DNA from: an uncultured Acidobacteriaceae bacterium
GTDB taxonomy: Bacteria > Acidobacteriota > Terriglobia > Terriglobales > Acidobacteriaceae
Assembly: GCA_964248505.1 (NCBI GenBank)
Contig: CAXTYQ010000007.1
Location: 8,356-72,355, forward strand
Length of the DNA: 64,000 bases
Direction: 5' to 3'
The translations under genes were made by a program, and so were the position numbers. Positions 39,436 through 48,769 of the stretch are shown here, piece after piece (within the stretch, counting starts at the first letter, position 1; each line of letters starts with the position of its first letter). The notes beneath the pieces were generated by a model. It did no database searches. It was not told the origin of the DNA and was given only the letters and a program-made list of their open reading frames with translations.

Positions 39436-40731
39436 ATGGCGGAGATACCAAAGTCGAAGTTACTCGTAGGAAAGATCATCGCCGTTGCGTTCGTTCTGGC
39501 GGCGGTTGTGCTCGGGGCCATTACCCTGTGGGCCACAAACGTAGACCCTCGCACCGATGACGCCAATGTCGTCGCCAACTATATCGGCATCGCCCCAGAG
39601 GTGAACGGGCCCATCGTCTCCCTGCCGATCCGCGACAATCAGCTCGTTCACAAGGGAGACCTGCTCTACGAGATCGATTCGCGGCCGTACCAGTACCAGC
39701 TGCAGCAAGCCATATCGGCAAAGAACAATCTCGAGCAGCAGATCATCGATGAACAAAGGAAAATAGCATCCCAGACCCTCAACGCGGAGATCACGACGGC
39801 AGGCAGGCAGTCGAGCGCAGAGTCCGTCAACAGCCAGCAGGCTAACTCACTGGCTACAGAGAAGGTGATCCAGACCCAGGAGGCTACCCTCAAAAACGCC
39901 GAAGCTCAATTTCGCCTCGCCGTGGATACCCTTGCCCGGACCGAACCTCTTCTACCGCGCCATTTTGTCACCGCGCAACAGATCGATCAGCTAAGGACGA
40001 ACGTCCGATCGGCGCAGGAGAGCGTTACGCAGGCACAAACGACGCTGGATGCAGATCGTGCAAGGTTTCTGCAAGCGCAGGCAGAGGTACGACAGGCGGC
40101 CGTCGCGGGTAAACAGCAGAAACTCCGTGCGGAAGCAGCGTTTCTAGACATAGATCGCCTGCAGACGTTGCTTTCGCAACTTCCCGCAAAGGAGGCCCAG
40201 GTCAAATCGGCGGCCTACGATGTCCAGCGCTGCCGGGTTTATGCACCCTTCGACGCCCGGGTCACCGATCTCACAATCTCGGTCGGGCAGTACGCCAGAA
40301 CAGGCGGCCAGGTGTTCACGCTCATCGACACGACAGCATGGTGGGTGCTGGGCAACTACAAGGAGACGCAGCTGCGACATCTCGCGCCGGGCATGCCGGT
40401 CGATGTCTACGTGCTCAACCATCAGGGCATTCGCTTCAGGGGAGTGGTCGAAAGTATCGGCTTCGGCGTCACACCCGAGGACATCACACCGACGCAGGCC
40501 GGCGGCCTTCCGTCGACCACGCGAACCCTCAATTGGGTAAGACTGGCGCAACGTTTTCCCGTGCGCGTCCGCGTGCTCGACCCATCGCCCGATCTGTTTC
40601 GTCTTGGCGCCTCCGCGACAACCATCGTTCGCAGCGGGCAAACCCCGCTCGCCATCCCCCCTGACCCTAACGTCTACAACCGAGCCGTCTACGAGAGTTC
40701 CAATGGCAACAGCCAGCCAGCCGCTCAGTAA
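39436..40731 (+). CDS. HlyD/MdtN-type membrane fusion protein (cassette 2)
   Basis: PRTDDA, APEVNG, APFDA, NYKET, WVRLAQRFPVRV. Confidence 0.9.
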   Translation: MAEIPKSKLLVGKIIAVAFVLAAVVLGAITLWATNVDPRTDDANVVANYIGIAPEVNGPIVSLPIRDNQLVHKGDLLYEIDSRPYQYQLQQAISAKNNLEQQIIDEQRKIASQTLNAEITTAGRQSSAESVNSQQANSLATEKVIQTQEATLKNAEAQFRLAVDTLARTEPLLPRHFVTAQQIDQLRTNVRSAQESVTQAQTTLDADRARFLQAQAEVRQAAVAGKQQKLRAEAAFLDIDRLQTLLSQLPAKEAQVKSAAYDVQRCRVYAPFDARVTDLTISVGQYARTGGQVFTLIDTTAWWVLGNYKETQLRHLAPGMPVDVYVLNHQGIRFRGVVESIGFGVTPEDITPTQAGGLPSTTRTLNWVRLAQRFPVRVRVLDPSPDLFRLGASATTIVRSGQTPLAIPPDPNVYNRAVYESSNGNSQPAAQ

Positions 40732-42916
40732 ACCGGCGTTCAATCTCGACGCGACCTTGTCAGGGTTCGTCAAGCGCGAGCTCTGGCCCACCCCCGGCCG
40801 GCGCGACTGGGCCACGCGGGCAGCCATTACCGCGTGCATCACATTGCTCATCGGCGAGACATGCCGCAGTCAGAATCTCTTTATCGGGTTGTTTATTCCG
40901 CTTCTTCTCCCCAGGGATACCCCTCAACAAACCTGGGCCGGCGCCAAAGGCACCATGATCATCGCATGGTCCGCGTGCGCCTTCGCTATCGTCTTGACGC
41001 TTCTGACAGCGGACTTGCCGTGGTTGCGTGTGACGGCCCTGGCCTTCGGCGTTTTCGTGTGTGTGCTCCTGTCGAGGGGCTTGCATCAACCTCCGATCGC
41101 CGCACTCGGTTCCGTGACCGTCTCCCTGGTCCTTATCCGGATGGACAGCGTAAACAGCGCGGAGGCCGCCATCACTACCGGCCTGTGGCTGGCCTTGATG
41201 ATGAGCACCGGCTGCCTGGTTGCGACGGCCGTGGACTTCCTTTACCCTCACCCGAGCCCGCAGCAGCGCATCACCACGGCGATTGTGGATCGGCTGCAGG
41301 GGGCGGCCGCTGTGCTGAAGCGGAGCGGGGGCGCGGAGTTGAGCCGCGAAGAGCAGCAAAGAGTGGGCGCTCTGGGCAAGCTGGCCCTTGCCGGGACGGG
41401 CAGCTTACGACAGCTGTTTCCGGTGCTGTCGACACAACCCTCGATCGACCGGAACTACGTGCTGCGCCTCAGCGCCGTTTTGAATGGCATGGACCTTTTG
41501 TCCGATCAAGCGATACAGCTTTCCAGCCACGACACCACTCACTTCAACGAGGAGCAAAAGAGGCTGGTCGACCAGACGGCGCAGGGTTGCCTCGCCCTGG
41601 CGTGCAACGTCGAGCGCAATGTCACCACAGCGCGCGAAGACGACAAAGGTCACGACTCTGCTCCGAATCCCGTCGGCGGTCGGGGTCCAGGACAGCTGAT
41701 CGCCGATATGGGGTCACAGGTCAGCGATCTTTGGACGCTCTGGACTAGTGACGTCACAGCCACCAAGGATGCCGAACAACCGGCTGCCGAGAAGCCCTCC
41801 AAAGCCCCGCCAAAGTCCGGGCCCTTCGTTACGACCGACGATATCCGCTTCGCCGTCAAAGTCATGCTTGCGTGCATGATCTGCTACCTCATCTACAACG
41901 GGGTAGCGTGGCAGGGCATCAGCACCGCCCTGCTGACGTGTTATTTCACCGCAGAATCAACCATCGGCGGCACGTTCCGAAAGTTCGCACAGCGTATCGT
42001 CGGGGTGTTGATCGGCGGCCTGCTATTCGGCATTGTGGGCGTTGCATTGATCACCTCGCACATGGACAACATCGTCGAGTTCATGCTGTATGTGGCTGTG
42101 GTGTTTTTCACCTCGGGTTGGATCACAAAGGGCAGCCCGAGGATCTCCTACGCAGGTTCGCAGATCGCCATGTCCTACGGCCTGGCCACCCTGATGACGC
42201 CGGTGATCACGATTGGGATTGTGGAGCCTCGCAACCGCCTCGTCGGGGTGCTGCTGGGAACGATTGTGATGTGGTACGTCTTCACCCGGCTCTGGCCAGT
42301 CGACACGCTGCCCAGCCAAAAGCGGGCCGTTGCGAGTCTGATTGGAACGGCGAGGGACTTGGCACTACTGGCGGTGGACGATTCCCCCAAGGAGGCCAAA
42401 AGCCCCAAATTCCAAAAGCTCCGGGAAGCCATCAATAAGACGATCAAGCAGGCAGAGGATCAAGCGGATCTTTCGGAGTATGAATCCAAGGATGAGAAAG
42501 GCGTACAGGCCGCGCTCCGTAAATGTCTGGAAAGCACCCGCAACCTGTTAACTCTCGAGATGGCTCACGTCGAGTTGACGATCCGGTCGGCACACGAAAC
42601 CAGCACATCGCAACCCTTGGACAAGGAGGCCGCCCAAAAGGTTGCCGACTACTTATGTCTGTTGGCCAAACAGATCGTTGAAGGATCGAAGCCCGAGCTC
42701 AGACAATCTAAAGATAAGCGACGCCAGTTCGAAGTCACGAGCGCTGATAAGCTGCACGGCTCAGACTACCCGGAGCACGACCAGTCGCCTACGCACCAGG
42801 CATTTGTCAACGCCAGCACACATATCCGCGAGCGCCGAAGCGGCTTACTCGAAAACTTATCTCAGGCTGTAGAAGATGTGACTCTCTACTCTCCTAGCCC
42901 CCAGCCAGAACGTTAG
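40703..42916 (+). CDS. FUSC/MdtO-type inner membrane efflux protein (cassette 2)
   Basis: RELWPTPGR, FAVKVMLACMICY..Y...WQGI.TA, ISYAGSQ, LWP. Confidence 0.88.
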   Translation: MATASQPLSKPAFNLDATLSGFVKRELWPTPGRRDWATRAAITACITLLIGETCRSQNLFIGLFIPLLLPRDTPQQTWAGAKGTMIIAWSACAFAIVLTLLTADLPWLRVTALAFGVFVCVLLSRGLHQPPIAALGSVTVSLVLIRMDSVNSAEAAITTGLWLALMMSTGCLVATAVDFLYPHPSPQQRITTAIVDRLQGAAAVLKRSGGAELSREEQQRVGALGKLALAGTGSLRQLFPVLSTQPSIDRNYVLRLSAVLNGMDLLSDQAIQLSSHDTTHFNEEQKRLVDQTAQGCLALACNVERNVTTAREDDKGHDSAPNPVGGRGPGQLIADMGSQVSDLWTLWTSDVTATKDAEQPAAEKPSKAPPKSGPFVTTDDIRFAVKVMLACMICYLIYNGVAWQGISTALLTCYFTAESTIGGTFRKFAQRIVGVLIGGLLFGIVGVALITSHMDNIVEFMLYVAVVFFTSGWITKGSPRISYAGSQIAMSYGLATLMTPVITIGIVEPRNRLVGVLLGTIVMWYVFTRLWPVDTLPSQKRAVASLIGTARDLALLAVDDSPKEAKSPKFQKLREAINKTIKQAEDQADLSEYESKDEKGVQAALRKCLESTRNLLTLEMAHVELTIRSAHETSTSQPLDKEAAQKVADYLCLLAKQIVEGSKPELRQSKDKRRQFEVTSADKLHGSDYPEHDQSPTHQAFVNASTHIRERRSGLLENLSQAVEDVTLYSPSPQPER

Positions 42917-42980
42917 CCAACCACTACCAACAAAGCTCTATTAGTGCTTGTCTTTGCAAGGCGCCTTATAAGGAGGAAGC

Positions 42981-43361
42981 ATGAATGCTCATACTCTGTA
43001 CGTAATTGCTCGATGCCTTGTCGCGCTGATGTTTCTGATGTCGGCGATCGGAAAGGCTGGCAGCTGGAAACAATCCATCGAGCTTATGCAACAGCACCAC
43101 ATCCCTTTGGCGCCACTGGGCCTACTCGGTTCCATTGCCTTGGAAATTGTAGGAGGCACGATCTTGCTTGCCCTGGGACTCTTCATGCTTCCTCTCACCT
43201 GGATACTGGTCTTCTATGTCTTTGCGGCGACGGTCGCGGTTCCAGTGCAGGACATCCTGACAAACAAGGGCCGGGCTCAAGGGATGCAACTGCTCGGATC
43301 GAACCTGGCGATCATCGGCGGTCTTATCGCCCTCATGGCGTGCGCCGTCGCGGGTGTATAA
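42981..43361 (+). CDS. DoxX family membrane protein
   Basis: AR..VALMFL.SAIGK, LEIVGG, NLAIIGGL; AGGAGG SD. Confidence 0.85.
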   Translation: MNAHTLYVIARCLVALMFLMSAIGKAGSWKQSIELMQQHHIPLAPLGLLGSIALEIVGGTILLALGLFMLPLTWILVFYVFAATVAVPVQDILTNKGRAQGMQLLGSNLAIIGGLIALMACAVAGV

Positions 43362-43431
43362 AAAACCCGTTTTACCTGGGAGTCGCTGAATCATAAACGC
43401 AACAACGCGCCTTCAAAGCAAGGAGAAGCAA

Positions 43432-43875
43432 ATGCCGACTAACACCAACCAACTGTTTATCGATCATGCGGGTATGGCGGTTCCGGACCTCGAAGCTACC
43501 ATCGAGTGGTACCAGCGCGTCTTCGACTTCAAAGTGGTTCAGCGTTTTTCAACCCCACAGTTCACGGCGGCCTTTATGCAGTGTGAAGGTGGTCGCCTGG
43601 AGATCTTCCAGCCAACTCCGCCCCCGCCGGCTAAGCCGACCAAGCCGCTCACTTCGGCTGATCTCACACCCAAAATGTTGAAGTTGGGATTTACCCATGT
43701 TGCCTTTGGCGTTCCGGATGTCGACGCAGTGTACGAGCAAGCCGTATCCCGCGGAGCTACTTCGGTCAACCCCCCGAGCACGCAACCAGGAGGTACCCGC
43801 TTCGGACATATCGGCGATCTGAACCAGAACATCATCGAGCTGATCCACACAGTCCCATCCCCGCCGGAGAAGTAA
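43432..43875 (+). CDS. VOC/glyoxalase family protein
   Basis: DHAGMAVPDLE..WY, LEIF, HVAFGVPD, IIEL (H/E/H/E metal ligands). Confidence 0.9.
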   Translation: MPTNTNQLFIDHAGMAVPDLEATIEWYQRVFDFKVVQRFSTPQFTAAFMQCEGGRLEIFQPTPPPPAKPTKPLTSADLTPKMLKLGFTHVAFGVPDVDAVYEQAVSRGATSVNPPSTQPGGTRFGHIGDLNQNIIELIHTVPSPPEK

Positions 43876-44178
43876 GGTGTCGCCCGGCTTTGTAACTACG
43901 CCGACTCCTCACTTCTACTTCGCGCGCGAAGGCAATAAGCCATTTGCCGGTCCAGGCAGGAACTAAAGAGAAAACCTTACTTCAGCAATACAGCCTGGTA
44001 TTGGCCACTTCGAAATCTGCGGAGCTGCAGGCCCAAATCCCAACTTGGGTAATAAGCTGGGATAAAGCTCTGTCTTCAAACGGCCAGCAAGCGGAAGCAC
44101 AGATTTTGCCGAAGTGCATTAACGGCTCCAGGGAGCCGCAAAGCAGATGTTTGTACTCGTCACTCGAAAGGAACTGAA

Positions 44179-44550
44179 ATGCCTCCAAGCGGAAATGTCG
44201 CCCCTCCTTACGTCCCCACGCTCAGCAACAAACTGTACGCTGTTCTAACCAGGGTCACCGCCAGCCAAGCTGAAGCCGAACCCCATAAAATGGACCATAT
44301 AAAGTACATCACCGGTCTGGAAGCACAAGGAAAAGTGTTCGCCTCTGGCCCCTTTCCTATAAAAGGCGAAGGCATCGATCTGGGCCTGATCGTCTTCCGT
44401 GCTGCGTCGCTTGAGGAAGCCGACGGCTTCATGAAAGTCGAACCCATGACCTCTATGGGACTCAGTACTTACGAAATACACGAATGGGATCTGATCATCG
44501 GACATATCCCTATCACATTGAACGTCTCAACCAGCAGCTTCACTTTCTAG
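44179..44550 (+). CDS. YciI-family protein
   Basis: H..Y...L...G.VFASGP, GLIVFRAAS.EEA, EP..., IHEW. Confidence 0.82.
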   Translation: MPPSGNVAPPYVPTLSNKLYAVLTRVTASQAEAEPHKMDHIKYITGLEAQGKVFASGPFPIKGEGIDLGLIVFRAASLEEADGFMKVEPMTSMGLSTYEIHEWDLIIGHIPITLNVSTSSFTF

Positions 44551-44789
44551 ATCGCTGAAGCTAGGTCGCTGGAGCAGTACGTTTGACGATCTTCTAACAT
44601 TGTTCTCGCAAATTCGCGCCGTCCTCATGAGAGGACTACTACTCGCCTGGCGACGGCGCGACTGAGCAGTAGTTACAATCCATCACGCATCACCACATGC
44701 GCTGCGTTCTCATGGCAGAGACCACGCCAGCATTGCTCCTTGATCCTTGAACGAAGTTGATTTGTAAGCCTATCAACGAAAGGATTTAT

Positions 44790-45749
44790 ATGACGGAGAT
44801 ATCGAAACCTTTTAATCCAGCTGCTCTTCAGGATCTGCAGATCTTCCTCGCGATCAGCGAGGCGAAGACTCTCAGCGAAGCGGCACAGCATCTCGACTTA
44901 CCACTCAGTGTGATCGATCGCACGCTCAAGCACCTTGAGACCTCCGCGAACCTAACACTTGTGCGACGAGACGAGAACGGTCTTGAGCTGACCGAACTCG
45001 GGCGGCAATACTTACTTGCCTGTGTGAATGTTTTAGAGGCACATCGTCGGGCGGATGACGTCCTCCTCAACCACCATAAGCAAGGGTTAGCCGCTATAAA
45101 CATCAGCGTTCCCGTCGTCTTTGCCGCGCATGTGCTCAGTCCAGTGATCTATGAGTTCTTCCAACGCTTTCCTAAAGTCAGAGTTGATCTTGCCCTATAC
45201 GACTCGCATTGGGACCGTGAGCCAAAGGTCGGCTATGACCTTTGGTTACGAATCAGCCCACGGGGCGAACTACGTGACCACCTCAAGTTACTCCCGGGCA
45301 TACGTCAGGGTCTGTTTGCCAGCCCGCGATACCTTGCGAATCATACCAGCCCACAAGATCCTCGTGGACTCGAACAACACGTCTGTCTCGGCTATGACCG
45401 AACCGGAGTGTTATGGCCTTGGCATTTTTCCAGGGAGGGAACAAAACTTGAGATCCAACCAGATTTCGATCTCGTCGCGACGGACCCGTTCGTCCTTGCC
45501 CATATGGCTGCCGAGGGCGCCGGTATCGCACTGCTTCCCCTATGGCTAGCACATAGGTTAGTTCTGGCGGGAGAACTCGTTCTTTTGCTCGCCGAATGGA
45601 CTGTGGACCCGCTTGTATTCTGCATCTATCGAGGGCGCCATCATTACGATCCCAGAGTAGACGCCTTCGTGCAGCTCTTGGAGACCATCGTCGGAACAGA
45701 AAAGGACCCACGCTGCCAAGATCTATCCCCGTCCTCCTTCTTTGTTTAA
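44790..45749 (+). CDS. LysR-family regulator, paralog of 25249-26256
   Basis: TLSEAA..LTELGRQY, IRQGLFASPRYL, GIALLP, KDPRC tail. Confidence 0.88.
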   Translation: MTEISKPFNPAALQDLQIFLAISEAKTLSEAAQHLDLPLSVIDRTLKHLETSANLTLVRRDENGLELTELGRQYLLACVNVLEAHRRADDVLLNHHKQGLAAINISVPVVFAAHVLSPVIYEFFQRFPKVRVDLALYDSHWDREPKVGYDLWLRISPRGELRDHLKLLPGIRQGLFASPRYLANHTSPQDPRGLEQHVCLGYDRTGVLWPWHFSREGTKLEIQPDFDLVATDPFVLAHMAAEGAGIALLPLWLAHRLVLAGELVLLLAEWTVDPLVFCIYRGRHHYDPRVDAFVQLLETIVGTEKDPRCQDLSPSSFFV

Positions 45750-45949
45750 CTCAGCCCTCGCGGGCGCAGGGCCGAAGTTGCTTTCGCAGCATAAGGGTAT
45801 TGCATTCGCTGTGAACAACGCAGCCATCGTATTGAACCTCAGACAGAAGAACGACAAGTTAATTAGTCGCATTTCATGCGCGCCTTGCAAGCACCGGAAA
45901 AGCTAACAACCATTTCAGTTATCCCGTCTTCACACGCACGGAGGAAGTA

Positions 45950-47245
45950 ATGCCAACTCTACCACTCAATGTCATGAAACAATCTGAACGCCTGGACCAC
46001 CAACGCTGGTTGCTGGACTTGATGATTCAACTCGCGGGTCCGGAGTGGGACCAGGATCGGATCAACTACTACACCGGCGCCTGCGGCGCAAGCTCCGCAG
46101 GTGAGTTTCAAGCACTCAAACAACAGATCAAGAAGTACGACGATATGGCTCGAGTGTTTGCGCAGGGTGCCCGCGGACAAGAGTTGGCGGCCCGTGAAGC
46201 CCTCAAGCAACAACACAAGGTAACCGCTCGCAACCACTTCTTCATCGCGGCTATTATGTATGGTGCAGCGCAATGGCCGATTGATGCGAACACGGAGTTC
46301 AATCTAGTGCTCGCTCGTAAGAAGCGCGAGTGCTACGACAAATTTGCATCTCTCGCGGCGTGGCATGTCGAACGAGTAGATCTGCCATTCGATCGCAAAA
46401 CAGTAAGTGCCTACCTACACCTGCCGCCAGGTTATGAAAAAGGTCAACGTGTTCCCTGTATCGTCGACACCGCTGGCATGGACGGGTTCAAGGAGATGGT
46501 TGTCGCCTTGGAGGACGATCCGCTCCTGTCCCGCGGCTTCGCGGTCCTCGCGATCGATGTTCCGGGTCAAGGCGAGTCGCTCACAAGTGAAGTCTGGTGG
46601 GATCACAACACCTTTCCTCAGCTGGCCCCAACGGTATTCGATTATTGCAAGGGTCGCGCCGAAATCGATCCCAGCAAAATCTATGTGATGGGTAACAGCT
46701 ACGGAAGCTACTGGGCGTCACTCCTTGCTGCTTCCGAACCCCGCTTTGCTGCATGCGGCGTCCTCATGACCTGCTTCGAGCCGGGTGGATTTTCCATGAT
46801 GGACACAGCCAGCCCTACCTTTCGGCTGCGCCAGATGTACATGACCAACATCCACGACGAGGCCGCGTTTGATGCATATTGCAAGACGATGAACAACGAC
46901 GCCCTGATCGCCGGTCTCCGCTGTCCTTATCTTGTGTGTGCGGGTGAGGACGATCAGCTAAGCGACATCTCCGACACCTATACCTACATGAACGCAGTCA
47001 AGGCTCCGAAAACGTTAGTCGTCTATCAAGGTGAAAATCACGGATTACACTCGCGCAGCTCCGGCCAGATGGGACCTGAGGCCTTCACCGTTGTGGCAGA
47101 TTGGTTCCTCGCTCGGGCGGCCGGCGAGAAGGCGGAATCCTTGCACGTTGTAGTGAACATGCAAGGCAAGCCGACCGTGACACCGTGGAAAGGCGACATC
47201 ACGTATCAGGATGGGTGGCCTGAGCCATTTAGTTACTTCGATTAA
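45950..47245 (+). CDS. alpha/beta hydrolase, FrsA / 2,6-dihydroxypseudooxynicotine hydrolase-like
   Basis: GMDGFKE, DVPGQGE, nucleophile elbow GNSYG, GEDDQL, GENH. Confidence 0.82.
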   Translation: MPTLPLNVMKQSERLDHQRWLLDLMIQLAGPEWDQDRINYYTGACGASSAGEFQALKQQIKKYDDMARVFAQGARGQELAAREALKQQHKVTARNHFFIAAIMYGAAQWPIDANTEFNLVLARKKRECYDKFASLAAWHVERVDLPFDRKTVSAYLHLPPGYEKGQRVPCIVDTAGMDGFKEMVVALEDDPLLSRGFAVLAIDVPGQGESLTSEVWWDHNTFPQLAPTVFDYCKGRAEIDPSKIYVMGNSYGSYWASLLAASEPRFAACGVLMTCFEPGGFSMMDTASPTFRLRQMYMTNIHDEAAFDAYCKTMNNDALIAGLRCPYLVCAGEDDQLSDISDTYTYMNAVKAPKTLVVYQGENHGLHSRSSGQMGPEAFTVVADWFLARAAGEKAESLHVVVNMQGKPTVTPWKGDITYQDGWPEPFSYFD

Positions 47246-47300
47246 GTAATCTCACTCGCGGCGCGTTCTAACCAGCCGCACTACCTTAAATGACGTATCT

Positions 47301-47333
47301 AATGAGGCGGGTAGGCACCCGCCTCATTTATTT
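47301..47333 (+). terminator. intrinsic terminator after hydrolase
   Basis: 12-bp stem aatgaggcgggt/acccgcctcatt, 4-nt loop, then TATTT. Confidence 0.8.
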
Positions 47334-47443
47334 CATACGTACGCACGTGCTGGAGCCCTGAAACGAACGCCAAGCTGCAAAATTCGGGAGACGAACGGCT
47401 CCGGCAGATGAATATCATCGGTTTGGACATGACGGTCCATTTC

Positions 47444-47878
47444 TCAGCCACTCACAGACAAAGACTCCAGCAACGATGTGATCTGCTTCCGCTGTGCAAC
47501 CGTCAACTTTGAGATAAAACACCTCCTTACCGCTTCCGCGTGGACCGGGTCGGCAGATCTTCTGGCGCGATCTCCTCCTGCTGTGATCTTTACCAAAGTG
47601 CCGCCATCCTCCAACTTCGAGCGCTTCACCAATCCACGCCGCTCCATCCGTGTAACGTGATGGGAGAGGCGGGTCCGGTCCCACCGCATCGCATCACAAA
47701 GCTCCTGCTGGCGCATAGCGGTGGTTCCGCTCACGGCGAGCCTAGATAGAATGCCGTGGTCCGACCCAGACAGCTTTGCCGTCGCGATCAGGTCACGCTC
47801 GATGGCAGCACTAATCTCCTCCGCGCTTCTGCGAAAACTGCGCCAGAGCTCACGATCCGCAATGGATAAATCTGCCAT
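47444..47878 (-). CDS. MarR-family regulator
   Basis: RQQEL..WDRTRLSHHVTRMERRGLVKR winged helix. Confidence 0.9.
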   Translation of the reverse strand: MADLSIADRELWRSFRRSAEEISAAIERDLIATAKLSGSDHGILSRLAVSGTTAMRQQELCDAMRWDRTRLSHHVTRMERRGLVKRSKLEDGGTLVKITAGGDRARRSADPVHAEAVRRCFISKLTVAQRKQITSLLESLSVSG

Positions 47879-47900
47879 GATCAACAACTTACTTATAGAA

Positions 47901-47948
47901 AGTTGACGTGTCAACTAAATGAGGTATGATCATGTTGATAGATCAACA
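47901..47948. promoter_or_regulatory. two GTTGA-N4-TCAAC palindromes overlapping divergent promoter (candidate MarR operators)
   Basis: AGTTGACgtGTCAACT 47901-47916 and TGTTGATagATCAACA 47933-47948; TTGACG 47903 and TATGAT 47925. Confidence 0.72.
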
Positions 47949-47970
47949 GTACCTAAGGAGAATATGCTCC

Positions 47971-48642
47971 GTGTCAGCAACCATCACGAACAACGAACAA
48001 CGAAATGTGCCCGACAAGCCTGATTCGGCAAAACAGGTCGAGGTCACGCCCGGCAACGTCCATAACCTCGGCCTCCCCTTCGTTCTCCAGAACCAATCCG
48101 GCTTCAACTTCTGGGACATCAAGACCGGCGACCACTTCATCGAAATGGAAGGTCAATACTACGGCTGGGATAGCTCCACCGTGCAGGTCACGACGATGGG
48201 GCCCGGCCAGGGGCCGCCCATGCACACGCACCCGGTCGAGGAGATCTTTGTCCTGGTTGCGGGCGAATGCGCCTTCGCGATCGGCAGCGAGACCTTCCAT
48301 ATGAAAGCGCCGGCCCTCGTGCGCGTTCCTCCGCATACGCCGCATAGCCCTACTTCGCTTGGTCCGGGACGCAACATCATGGTCGATTTCTTCCCGTCGA
48401 GCGAGCCGGGCGCCGCTCCCATCGACGTCCCGGATCCATTTGCGCACCTCAAAGCAGGCGGCGGCAACGAGCGCAGGGTCATGATCGAAAACTTCAAAAA
48501 GATCCTCGCCGACTTCGACGCTGATGGTGACGGAAAACTTTCAAAAGACGAAGCTCCCATCATGCTCCGCGACTCCTTCGGACGCTACGATACCGATCAC
48601 GATGGCTTCATCACATTCGAGGACGCACTGGCTTGGGACTAA
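47971..48642 (+). CDS. cupin domain protein fused to an EF-hand pair
   Basis: GTG after AAGGAG; PPMHTHPVEE..PPHTPH cupin; DADGDGKLSKDE and DTDHDGFITFED loops. Confidence 0.85.
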   Translation: MSATITNNEQRNVPDKPDSAKQVEVTPGNVHNLGLPFVLQNQSGFNFWDIKTGDHFIEMEGQYYGWDSSTVQVTTMGPGQGPPMHTHPVEEIFVLVAGECAFAIGSETFHMKAPALVRVPPHTPHSPTSLGPGRNIMVDFFPSSEPGAAPIDVPDPFAHLKAGGGNERRVMIENFKKILADFDADGDGKLSKDEAPIMLRDSFGRYDTDHDGFITFEDALAWD

Positions 48643-48769
48643 GTGACGTGCGGGCATCTTGCGATGGGGCAACATTTACTTAGGTGCCGGCATCTTACGT
48701 TTTTGCAGTATCGCGGCGCATAGCGCCGCGCAACCTAACTCACTTTAGACGAACTCAGGAGCTCCCTCG

